Below, one piece after another: positions 36,219 through 44,396 of a DNA stretch of 64,000 nucleotides. The position numbers and the translations under genes are program-made. This DNA comes from Acidimicrobiales bacterium (GTDB lineage: Bacteria > Actinomycetota > Acidimicrobiia > Acidimicrobiales > Bog-793). The notes under the pieces were generated by a model that was given only the letters and a program-made list of their open reading frames with translations, was not told the origin of the DNA and did no database searches. Numbering within the stretch: the first letter of the stretch is position 1; every line of letters begins with the position of its first letter. Location of the stretch: the NCBI GenBank assembly GCA_052146895.1, contig JBKQLZ010000006.1:8507-72506 (forward strand), given 5' to 3'.

Positions 36219-36710
36219 TTACTGGGCTGCCTCATCGACGTTAAGGACCCACGGCTGCGGCGCCGCGGTGACGGGATTCGTGTAGGTGAGGGTAAGAGTG
36301 AACGGCACGGTTTGCCCTGGTTGGACGTTATTCAGCTGGAAGTTGCCCGTGCCGTCGCCGAGCGCGTTGGCGTTGTTCTGGTCGCCAACGCTGACGATGT
36401 AGCTATTCGCGGTCTTGTCGCCGTTCGTCAAGGTCCCGCTGACGCTGGCCGCAAGTCCGCCGGCATTGAGGACAGCGCTGGTGAAGCGGATCGAGCAATT
36501 CGACAAGTTTCCTGCACACGGGCCTGTTGGGAGCGTCGTCGTGGTGGTAGTCGTCGCTGCGGTGGTAGTCGTCGCTGCTGTCGTAGTCGTGGCCTTCGGC
36601 ACGGTCGTCGTTGTCGGGGCGACCGATGTGGTGCCGCAGGCTCCCCCCAATATCGCTACGGCCGCGAGGCCGACCCACCCGGCGTACCTGCGAATTCGGA
36701 GGGAGACCAC
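36219..36710 (-). CDS. Thr-rich lipoprotein with C-terminal beta-rich domain (islet cargo)
   Basis: Signal plus lipobox AILGGAC and a poly-Thr/Ala linker that includes a perfect 18-bp tandem duplication (36543-36578). The C-terminal domain is rich in T/N/G/V. Confidence 0.6.
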   Translation of the reverse strand: MVSLRIRRYAGWVGLAAVAILGGACGTTSVAPTTTTVPKATTTTAATTTTAATTTTTTTLPTGPCAGNLSNCSIRFTSAVLNAGGLAASVSGTLTNGDKTANSYIVSVGDQNNANALGDGTGNFQLNNVQPGQTVPFTLTLTYTNPVTAAPQPWVLNVDEAAQ

Positions 36711-36813
36711 TTCTTCAGCAAACTACTCGGAGACACTCAGCCTGATTTCCAGCAGCCACCTGATGACGAGCGATTAGCCGACTTCCCTAAAACGCTGCCG
36801 GCTCGCGTCTCTC

Positions 36814-37173
36814 CTACGACGGGCGGCGCACCCTGACGAGATGGCCGCGAACAATGACAATGCAACCTCGGAACTCTTCGAGGTCGTGATGCGTCGTCAG
36901 CGAGGACAGCGTTGAGAGCACCGACGACACTGCCTGACTGTCGGGGCGCAGGACAACGATCCCACCATGCGATCCGGGCGGATAAGAGCGCACGTCCCCG
37001 AATCCGCGATCGAGGGTGACGAGCACTCGATCCTCTGAGCTGGCAGCCGCAAGAACTGCCGGGTCGTCGCGACCAGCGAGGCCTTCACCGATCACCGTCT
37101 CGACGTCATGGCCGATCTCCGTGAGGACCTGACCAGCGCTCGCCGGGAGGTTTTCGTCGAGCTTGACCTTCAC
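36814..37173 (-). CDS. DUF5615-family (PIN-like) putative toxin
   Basis: MKVKLDENLPASAGQVLTEIGHDVETV...DRVLVTLDRGF. 4-nt overlap with the upstream DUF433 gene. Confidence 0.8.
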   Translation of the reverse strand: MKVKLDENLPASAGQVLTEIGHDVETVIGEGLAGRDDPAVLAAASSEDRVLVTLDRGFGDVRSYPPGSHGGIVVLRPDSQAVSSVLSTLSSLTTHHDLEEFRGCIVIVRGHLVRVRRPS

Positions 37174-37412
37174 CCTTGGGTCGGGTCGAGCGGCATGATC
37201 TCGTCACGAGCGAGCGCCGCTGCGTAGGCGAGCGCGGCATGGACCACTCCTTGGGGCAAGGTCGGGTACTCCTTGCGCAACGCATCCTCGCTCATGCCTT
37301 CCGCCAAGCAATCCAGCACGACGGTCACCGGAACGCGGGTGCCACGGATCACCGCCTGGCCGTGCAGCACGGCCGGGTCCGATGTGATCAAGTCGAGAAG
37401 CTCCGTAGCCAT
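37170..37412 (-). CDS. DUF433-family putative antitoxin
   Basis: ITSDPAVLHGQAVIRGTRVPVTVVLDCLAEGMSEDALRKEYPTLPQGVVHAALAYAA. ATG at 37412. Confidence 0.8.
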   Translation of the reverse strand: MATELLDLITSDPAVLHGQAVIRGTRVPVTVVLDCLAEGMSEDALRKEYPTLPQGVVHAALAYAAALARDEIMPLDPTQG

Positions 37413-37547
37413 GTCACCATGATCGCGCCTGAGCGAGCACACTGCTCTGTCGTCGGCTCGTGCTAGTAAGGACGATCTCGACGCGGGCCGATGGCACCGC
37501 CGGCGAACGCCAAGCGGTCCGTACCGGTCGCAAAGCGCGGTCCAGAA

Positions 37548-37585
37548 GGACGCGGAAAAGACGCGCGAGGACGCGAAAAGACGCG
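37548..37585. promoter_or_regulatory. Cluster of GGACGCG/AAAAGACGCG repeats inside the attR arm (putative arm-type sites)
   Basis: ggacgcggaaaagacgcgcgaggacgcgaaaagacgcg shares its core with the 32514-32540 cluster. Confidence 0.45.
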
Positions 37586-37702
37586 AATTCGGCGATACTG
37601 GGCGCGACAGGGCAACACCGAACAACATAGAGAAAGTGACTCTGAACAGGGAGAACGTCGGCTGAGCAGGACGAACGTCCGTTCGGAATTGACCCCGGAT
37701 TA

Positions 37703-37748
37703 CGCCTGAAAAGCGCGAGGTCACCGGATCGATGCCGGTCCCGACCAC
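37703..37748. repeat. attR: 46-bp direct repeat identical to the tRNA-Phe 3' half
   Basis: Base-for-base identical to 32397-32442. Flanks diverge immediately on both sides. Confidence 0.9.
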
Positions 37749-37839
37749 TGAAAGGCCCTGGTAGGGCGGACACGCCAAGCCCATCTTTCGGCTGAGCGGT
37801 CGACCGTGCCCTCTACGTGCCTTTCGGCTGACCGCATGC

Positions 37840-38073
37840 TCAGCGCTCGCGAGCCAGCACGTCTTCGGAGTCGTAAGCGCCCTCGTGGCCCGCAGGACAC
37901 TCGAACAGCACCCCGAGCAGCACGACATGACCATCGCGGATCGACTCGAAATCCCAAACGTTCGGAAGCAGGAATTCCGTCAGGCAAACGGCGCAATGTA
38001 CCGCGGCTGTCGCAGACGTGTATTCCACCAGTTGCCTGACCCTCGGCTCTTCATTTGCGCGACGAGCGGGCAA
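37840..38073 (-). CDS. Hypothetical small protein
   Basis: 77-aa ORF in an otherwise unassigned gap just outside attR. One CxxC plus CPxxH. No motif recognised. Confidence 0.3.
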   Translation of the reverse strand: MPARRANEEPRVRQLVEYTSATAAVHCAVCLTEFLLPNVWDFESIRDGHVVLLGVLFECPAGHEGAYDSEDVLARER

Positions 38074-38196
38074 TGAAGTACCTGTTCACGGGGTACAGTC
38101 TGTGAAGCCCCCCTGAAGCGAGTGGTCATGGTGTTGCACATCTGTTGGGCTACAGGAATACGGGCTAACAGCCGCCTCTTGGAACAAGGCTGACTG

Positions 38197-40515
38197 GTGT
38201 CGAGCACCGCACTCGCGCAGACTCCCGGCGCGTCCACCACGCCGCTGTCCACGCGCCACCTGTGGACCGCCTACGCGATCCTCGCGACGCTCCTGCTCGC
38301 GTACATAGTCGCGCTGTTGATTCACCCCGCCTACGCGGGCGTCACGTCCATCAGCGGAGGATGGGGAGTCGACGGATTTGAGTTCGTCGTCGCGGCGCTT
38401 TGCCTTTCGAAAGCTCTCGTGGGCAAGGCTCACCCCCGGATGCCACTGTTCCTCGGGTGCGCGCTCGCCTCGTGGTGCGGCGGCGACATCGCGCTGACCA
38501 TCCAGTCGTTGGGCGGGAGGCAACCGTCCTCGCCATCGGTGGCGGACATTTTCTACCTCGGCTTCTATCCGCTTGCCTACATCGCGATCGTGCTGTTCAT
38601 GCGCGGGGAGCTGCGGCGGTTGACGGCGCCGAGTTGGCTCGATGGAGCAGTCGCCGGTCTCGGAGCGGCCGCAGTTTGCGCGGCATTCGCATTCCACAAC
38701 ATCATCCACTCAACAGGTGGGCACACACTGTCTGCCGCCGTCAACGTGGCGTATCCAATCGGTGACCTGCTGTTGCTCGCGCTCGTTGTCGGCGGCACGG
38801 CGGTCCTCCCGGGCCGGCGCCGCACTCCTTGGCTCCTCATCGCCGGCGCCTGCGCCTTGAACACCGTCGGCGACACCTTCAACTTGTTCTCCTCCACGAT
38901 CGGGTCGTCCCATGTCGGCACGCTCTTCGACACCGTGGCGTGGCCCGGCTCGTTCCTCCTCATGTCCATGGCGGTGTGGGTACGGCCTCGGGCGGCTAAT
39001 CCGCTTGCGCCGCAGAGGCCGGCGGGCTTCTTGCTACCGGGCATCGCGGCCGTGGCCGGTCTCGTCATCCTCTTCACGGGCACCTTGCACGGGTTGTCTC
39101 GCGTGTCGATCGGGCTCGCAACCGCGACGCTCGTGCTCGTCGGCCTCAGGTTGGCGTTGTCCGCCCGCGGCCTGAGGCTCCTCACCGAGCAACGGCACCG
39201 GCAGTCGATGACTGACGAGCTGACAGGGCTCGGCAACCGCAGGTACCTGTTCCACGTGCTCAACACATTCTTCTCCGACCTCGCCGATCCGTTGTTGCCG
39301 ACGCGGCAGCTCGCCTTCCTCTTCCTCGACCTCGACCATTTCAAGGCGATAAACGACTCCTTCGGTCATGCGGCCGGAGACAAGCTGCTGAGGCAGCTCG
39401 GACCGCGGCTTACGACGACGCTCCGGTCAACGGACGTCCTCGTGCGCCTCGGCGGCGATGAGTTCGCCGTCGTCCTCCTCAACGCTGACGCCGAGTACGC
39501 CACGCGCGTAGCCGAACGTCTCATGGCAGAATTCGCCCATCCATTCGTCCTCGACGTCGTGAGTGCGACCATCGGGGCGAGCATCGGGATAGCGATCGCA
39601 CCCCAGCACGCGAGCGACCCGGCCGGCGTCCTTCGTTGCGCCGACATCGCCATGTACCGGGCCAAGCTCGAGCAGAGCTCGATAGAGACCTACAACGAAG
39701 ACCTCGACGACGACGGCAACCTCTTGCGTCTTGCCGAGGAACTGCGCCTCGCGGTGCAAGAGAGGCAGTTCGTCCTCCACTACCAGCCTCAGCTCGACCT
39801 GCACACCGGCCAGTTCTCGGGCGTCGAGGCGCTACTGCGTTGGCCCCACCCGCGTCTCGGCCTGCTAGCGCCGCTCAAGTTCCTGCCGGTCGCCGAGGAA
39901 GCCGGCGTCATGCCTTCCCTCACGGCGCTCGTGCTCGACGACGCTCTCCGCCAGTGGGCGGAGTGGCGCGCCGCCGGCCACGACATCGACCTCGCGATCA
40001 ACGTCTCGCCGTCGAACCTCCTCGATGCCGGCTTCATGGGCTCGATCTCCGAGCGGCTCGAGACTCACCAACTTCCGCCGGCTCGACTCGTGATCGAGAT
40101 CACCGAGACGTGCATCATCACTGACTACGAGCGCTCGAGAGCGGTCATCGAGGAACTGAGAGATCTCGGCGTGATCGTCTCGATCGATGACTTCGGCGCC
40201 GGCTTCACCTCTCTCGCCTACCTGCGCGATCTCGCGGTCGGCGAGCTCAAGTTGGACCGGACGTTCGTGAGCGGTCTGCTCTCCGAGGACAAGGCGCGCG
40301 GGATCGACCTCATCCGGTCAACGATCGAGCTCGGCCACGCCCTCGGTCTACGTGTGGTCGCCGAGGGTGTGGAGGACTTGGCAACTCTCGAGGTGCTGGG
40401 GCAGATCGGCTGCGACATCGCCCAGGGCTACTTCATCTCCAAGCCACTGCCTGCCGACGAGCTCGTACTCCGCGCCGACATATCCGCAGAGGCAGAGGTG
40501 GTGCTCGGCAGCTGA
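38197..40515 (+). CDS. Membrane-anchored sensor with GGDEF and EAL domains
   Basis: About 9 N-terminal TM segments. GGDEF: DELTGLGNRR, DLDHFKAINDSFGHAAGD, RSTD I-site, RLGGDEF. EAL: QPQLD, VEALLRW, INVS, EITE, DDFGAGFTSL, KLDRTF, EGVED, QGY. Confidence 0.9.
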   Translation: MSSTALAQTPGASTTPLSTRHLWTAYAILATLLLAYIVALLIHPAYAGVTSISGGWGVDGFEFVVAALCLSKALVGKAHPRMPLFLGCALASWCGGDIALTIQSLGGRQPSSPSVADIFYLGFYPLAYIAIVLFMRGELRRLTAPSWLDGAVAGLGAAAVCAAFAFHNIIHSTGGHTLSAAVNVAYPIGDLLLLALVVGGTAVLPGRRRTPWLLIAGACALNTVGDTFNLFSSTIGSSHVGTLFDTVAWPGSFLLMSMAVWVRPRAANPLAPQRPAGFLLPGIAAVAGLVILFTGTLHGLSRVSIGLATATLVLVGLRLALSARGLRLLTEQRHRQSMTDELTGLGNRRYLFHVLNTFFSDLADPLLPTRQLAFLFLDLDHFKAINDSFGHAAGDKLLRQLGPRLTTTLRSTDVLVRLGGDEFAVVLLNADAEYATRVAERLMAEFAHPFVLDVVSATIGASIGIAIAPQHASDPAGVLRCADIAMYRAKLEQSSIETYNEDLDDDGNLLRLAEELRLAVQERQFVLHYQPQLDLHTGQFSGVEALLRWPHPRLGLLAPLKFLPVAEEAGVMPSLTALVLDDALRQWAEWRAAGHDIDLAINVSPSNLLDAGFMGSISERLETHQLPPARLVIEITETCIITDYERSRAVIEELRDLGVIVSIDDFGAGFTSLAYLRDLAVGELKLDRTFVSGLLSEDKARGIDLIRSTIELGHALGLRVVAEGVEDLATLEVLGQIGCDIAQGYFISKPLPADELVLRADISAEAEVVLGS

Positions 40516-40564
40516 GTGAGCGAGTGCGGGCGCGGACCCCCGCCGCGGCACTTAGGCTTCTGGC

Positions 40565-41779
40565 ATGAAGGACCTGACGGTCGTCGCCATCCCCTTTTAC
40601 TTCGGGAGCATGAGCGCCGAGTACCTCTGGATGCGCAAGAAGGCCGAGGAGGGGCTGACCGAGAGAAATGGGCGCGACATCTCGGCCGGCATGTACGAGC
40701 GGCAGGACACCATCGCCAGCCTCACCATGGGCGTGGGAAGCCTCATCCTGCCTCTTGCGGTTCCGCGCCTCTTGAGACCGCTCACGCCCGGCCGTGGGAA
40801 GTACGGCAAGGTGCTCCTGGTCACCGCAGCCGGTGCCGCCGCGCTCACGACACTTGCGGACCAGCTGGCGAAGATCGACGCGGCAGGGCACGCGGGGGAG
40901 GAGGCCGACGAGGAGGCTGGCGCCGAAGCCGACGAGGAGGCCGGCGCCGAAGCCACCGGGCGACGCCTTACAAGTACTCCCGATCGGCGGCGGCAGATCG
41001 GGGCCCTCGCCCGGCGGGTGGCGTCAGTCGGAGGCGTTACAGCGATAGTGGCCGGCGGTGTCGCCCTCACGACGGCGTGGGCGGATCGCACGACGATGAA
41101 GCGGCTCTGGAACGCTCGCTTCATTCCGGACCTCGGCAAGGGCCCGCTCGCGCTGGCGGCTGCGATCACAGGCTGGGACTTCATCTACTACTGGAACCAC
41201 CGCTCGATGCACGAGTGCCGGGCGCTCTGGGCAATCCACGTGGTCCACCACTCGAGTGAGCGCTACAACCTCTCGACAGCGCTGCGGCAACCCGTGGCGG
41301 ACGCCTTTGGTGCGTTCATCCCGTATTCACTCCTGGCGCTTTTCGGCATCCGGCCGGACCTCATCAACACTGCTCGAGGCGTGAACCTCCTCTACCAGTT
41401 CTGGATCCACACCGAGACAGTGGACTCCCTCGGCCCGGCCGAGCTCGCCCTCAACACGGCCTCTCACCACCGCGTGCACCACGGGAGCAACGGTCGCTAC
41501 CTCGACAAGAACCACGGCAGCATCCTCATCATCTGGGACCGGTTCTTCGGGACTTTCGAACCCGAGGACGAGCAGGTCCGTTACGGGCTCACGAAGAACC
41601 TGAACACGTTCAACCCCGTTGTAATCGCCACGCACGAGCACGTCGAGATGCTGAAGGACGTCGCTCGCTCGACGAACTGGCGAGACCGCCTCTCGTTCGT
41701 ACTCCGCGGCCCAGGTTGGGCCGGGCAGCGGAAGGCCGGGCTGACAGAGGAGCCAACTTCAGTCGAGGCAATGGCTTAA
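40565..41779 (+). CDS. Fatty acid hydroxylase/sterol desaturase-family membrane enzyme with an inserted acidic repeat region
   Basis: His boxes HRSMHE, HVVHHSSE, HHRVHHG. Insertion contains ADEEAGAE x2. Confidence 0.85.
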   Translation: MKDLTVVAIPFYFGSMSAEYLWMRKKAEEGLTERNGRDISAGMYERQDTIASLTMGVGSLILPLAVPRLLRPLTPGRGKYGKVLLVTAAGAAALTTLADQLAKIDAAGHAGEEADEEAGAEADEEAGAEATGRRLTSTPDRRRQIGALARRVASVGGVTAIVAGGVALTTAWADRTTMKRLWNARFIPDLGKGPLALAAAITGWDFIYYWNHRSMHECRALWAIHVVHHSSERYNLSTALRQPVADAFGAFIPYSLLALFGIRPDLINTARGVNLLYQFWIHTETVDSLGPAELALNTASHHRVHHGSNGRYLDKNHGSILIIWDRFFGTFEPEDEQVRYGLTKNLNTFNPVVIATHEHVEMLKDVARSTNWRDRLSFVLRGPGWAGQRKAGLTEEPTSVEAMA

Positions 41780-41827
41780 GTCGTTCGGACGAGATGCCGA
41801 TACATCCTGAGTGCCCCGAACGGGGTT

Positions 41828-41893
41828 CCCACGCGGAGAGCGGGGGATACCTCAAACCCTCGCGCGGTGACCCCCGCTCTCCACTGCGTGGGG
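41828..41893. terminator. Long imperfect GC-rich hairpin between convergent genes (possible bidirectional terminator)
   Basis: Left arm cccacgcggagagcggggg (41828-41846), 24-nt loop, right arm cccccgctctccactgcgtgggg (41871-41893). No T-tract. Confidence 0.35.
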
Positions 41894-41936
41894 AGGCCAT
41901 GCGCGGAGCCAAGGATCCAAACAACCAGCTCAGGAG

Positions 41937-43463
41937 CTACTTCGTCGTGCCCGCGAGCTCGAGACCGTCGGTGGGCGAGTTCGTGGGAGATTCCGTCGGC
42001 AAGTCCGTGGGCGAGTCCGTGAGGTTCGAGAGGGAAATCGGCACCTCGGTCGGGTAGTGGCCCGTGAGGCAAGCCCTGCAGTATCCCTGGCCCTCCTCGT
42101 CCGCCCCGACCGCGCTCATGAGGTTCGCGAGCGAGAGGTAGTCGAGAGAGTCCGCGCCGATGTGGGCGTTTACCTCCTCGACCGACATCCGGGCGGCGAT
42201 CAGCTCGTCGCGATCAGGTGTGTCGATGCCGTAGTAGCAGGGCCACTGGAAGGGCGGAGACGAGATCCGCAGGTGCACCTCGGCCGCGCCGGTGTCCCGC
42301 AGCATCTTGACGAGCTGGCGGGTGGTGGTGCCTCGCACGATCGAGTCGTCGACGACGATGAGACGCTTGCCGGCGATCGTGGCCCGGAGAGGATTGAGCT
42401 TGCGCCTCACCCCGAGTGCCCGCGCCTCTTGGGTCGGAGCGATGAACGTCCGCCCGATGTACCGGTTCTTCACGAGACCCTGACCGTAAGGCACGCCGCT
42501 CACCTCGGAGTATCCCTCCGCGGCGGTGACACCAGAGTCCGGCACGCCGATCACGAGATCTGCCTCGACCGGATGCTGGGTGGCGAGCAGCTCCCCCATC
42601 CGCCGGCGCACGGAGTACACCTCGCGGTTGCGCAGACGTGTGTCCGGCCGGGCGAAGTAGACGAACTCGAACACGCAGAGCCGGGCGTCCCGCGCCTCGC
42701 CGAAGGGCCAGAGCGACCGCGGCCCTGAGGCATCGATCACCACCATCTCCCCCGGCTCGATCTCCCGTACGAACTCGGCGCCGCAGACGTCGAGGGCCGG
42801 CGACTCCGAGGCGATGATCCACCCCGTCCGCAGCTCGCCCTCCACCTCGTAGTCGAGCCTTCCCAGGCACAGCGGTCGAAACCCATGCGGATCCCGCACC
42901 GCAATCAGATTCTCGGCATCGATCAACCCGAACGAGAACGCCCCCTCGATCCGCGGCAGGACGTCTTCGAGCGCTCTGAGCAACTGCTCGGCGGGGTAAT
43001 CCGCCACGATCCCGGACTCGTCGTCCAGCTCGGGCTCAGGCGCGAAATGTCGCGCGAGCAGCTCGGCCACGAGGTCGCTGTCCGAGGTGAGCACCCCGAG
43101 CATGCCCGCTTCCGCTGCGAGCTTCTCCGTGTTAGTGAGGTTGCCGTTGTGCCCGAGCGCGAAGCCCGCTGGACCGACAGAGCGGTAGACCGGCTGGGCG
43201 TTGTGCCAGGTGCTCGAGCCCGTCGTCGAGTACCGGGTGTGCCCGAGGGCGAGGTCTCCCTGCAGAGGCGAGAGGGTGCGCTCGTCGAACACGGCCGCGA
43301 CGAGCCCCATGTCCTTTGCCACCGTGATGGTGTCGCCGTCGCTCACGGCCATGCCGCAGGACTCCTGCCCGCGGTGCTGCAATGCGAACAACCCGTCGAA
43401 TGTGAGCTGGGCAACATGGGCACCCGGCGCATAGACGCCGAAGACCCCACACGCCTCCTTCAC
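41937..43463 (-). CDS. purF: Amidophosphoribosyltransferase
   Basis: N-terminal nucleophile context KEACGVFGV, LQHRGQESCGM, PRPP loop LIVVDDSIVRGTT, Fe-S cysteines CYYG and CRAC. GTG 43463 chosen; the upstream 164 aa of the ORF are not PurF-like. Confidence 0.9.
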   Translation of the reverse strand: MKEACGVFGVYAPGAHVAQLTFDGLFALQHRGQESCGMAVSDGDTITVAKDMGLVAAVFDERTLSPLQGDLALGHTRYSTTGSSTWHNAQPVYRSVGPAGFALGHNGNLTNTEKLAAEAGMLGVLTSDSDLVAELLARHFAPEPELDDESGIVADYPAEQLLRALEDVLPRIEGAFSFGLIDAENLIAVRDPHGFRPLCLGRLDYEVEGELRTGWIIASESPALDVCGAEFVREIEPGEMVVIDASGPRSLWPFGEARDARLCVFEFVYFARPDTRLRNREVYSVRRRMGELLATQHPVEADLVIGVPDSGVTAAEGYSEVSGVPYGQGLVKNRYIGRTFIAPTQEARALGVRRKLNPLRATIAGKRLIVVDDSIVRGTTTRQLVKMLRDTGAAEVHLRISSPPFQWPCYYGIDTPDRDELIAARMSVEEVNAHIGADSLDYLSLANLMSAVGADEEGQGYCRACLTGHYPTEVPISLSNLTDSPTDLPTESPTNSPTDGLELAGTTK

Positions 43464-43556
43464 GCGGCCATTCTGCCACCTTGCGTGTCCACATCGGGCC
43501 ACGATCACATACGCCCAGTACGCTGCGGCGGAGGCGGCGGCGGATAAGGAGAACCG

Positions 43557-44396
43557 GTGATCGATCTGCACACCCACTCGACTTGCTCGGACGGATCCGA
43601 CCCCCCGGGTCGGGTCGTGGAGCTCGCGGTCGCAGCTGGGTGCAGCGCGGTAGCCCTCACGGACCACGATGGCCTCTCGGGAATAGACGAGGCCCGCCGG
43701 GTTGCCGAGGACGCAAGGATCACGTTCGTCCCCGGTTGTGAGGTCTCCTGCAAGTTCTCGCCGGGGACGATGCACGTGCTCTGTTACTTCGCAGAGCCCG
43801 GCGAGGGGCCACTGCAGTCGCAGCTCGAACGTCTGCGGGACGACCGGGTCAACCGCAACGCTCGGCTCGTCGAACGACTGAACGAGCTCGGGATCGCGCT
43901 CACGCTCGAGGACGTCGAGGCTGAGACGGACGGCTCCACGCTCGGGCGGCCCCACTTCGCGGCGGCTCTTGTGAAGAAGGGAGTCGTCGAGAGCTACCAG
44001 GACGCCTTCGACAACCTGCTCGCCAAGGGTGGGCCTGCATATATCCCGAAGGCCTTCATCTCACCCGACACGACGATCGCGGCAGCTCACGGCTCGGGAG
44101 CGCTCGCCGTACTTGCCCACCCGCTCTCACTCGGGCTCGAGCCCGCGGAGCTCGAGCGCACCATCTCCGAGCTCGCCGAGGCCGGGCTCGCAGGTCTCGA
44201 GTGCTGGTACGGGCGCTACAGCACCGAGGAGCGCCACGGCCTCCTCGCGATCGCCAAGCGGTATCGCCTGGCGGCGACCGGCGGGTCAGACTTCCACGGG
44301 ACGTTCAAACCCGATCTCTCGGTCGGATCAGGCAAGGGGGACCTCGAAGTGCCCGACTCTGCACTGGAAGAACTCGTTGCGAGGCGGTCGTCATGA
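43557..44396 (+). CDS. PHP-domain metal-dependent phosphoesterase (TrpH/YciV-like)
   Basis: MIDLHTHSTCSDGS, ALTDHD, LAHP, GGSDFHG. Confidence 0.85.
   Translation: MIDLHTHSTCSDGSDPPGRVVELAVAAGCSAVALTDHDGLSGIDEARRVAEDARITFVPGCEVSCKFSPGTMHVLCYFAEPGEGPLQSQLERLRDDRVNRNARLVERLNELGIALTLEDVEAETDGSTLGRPHFAAALVKKGVVESYQDAFDNLLAKGGPAYIPKAFISPDTTIAAAHGSGALAVLAHPLSLGLEPAELERTISELAEAGLAGLECWYGRYSTEERHGLLAIAKRYRLAATGGSDFHGTFKPDLSVGSGKGDLEVPDSALEELVARRSS

Larger units (their letters stand above)
32397..37748. mobile_element. Integrative genomic islet (about 5.3 kb) inserted in tRNA-Phe
   Basis: Perfect 46-bp att repeats, a tyrosine integrase next to the tRNA, arm-type repeats inside both ends, visibly lower G+C cargo, and a TA pair at the distal end. 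Confidence 0.8.

Noticed and set aside
36543-36578. 18-bp tandem repeat (and the 24-bp repeat at 40904-40951) considered as a possible CRISPR or satellite array
   Set aside because: There are only two adjacent copies with no spacers, both are in frame inside coding regions (poly-Thr/Ala linker; acidic insertion), and no cas genes occur in the window. No CRISPR array was seen anywhere in the window.
43464-43955. N-terminal 164-aa extension of the purF ORF
   Set aside because: PurF proteins start a few residues before the catalytic Cys (here KEACGVFGV). The extension overlaps the divergent PHP gene and has no PurF similarity.
44201-44392. Upstream extension of the GH3 ORF
   Set aside because: It overlaps the PHP-domain gene in another frame. 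ATG 44393 gives the classic ATGA coupling, and GH3 similarity starts there.
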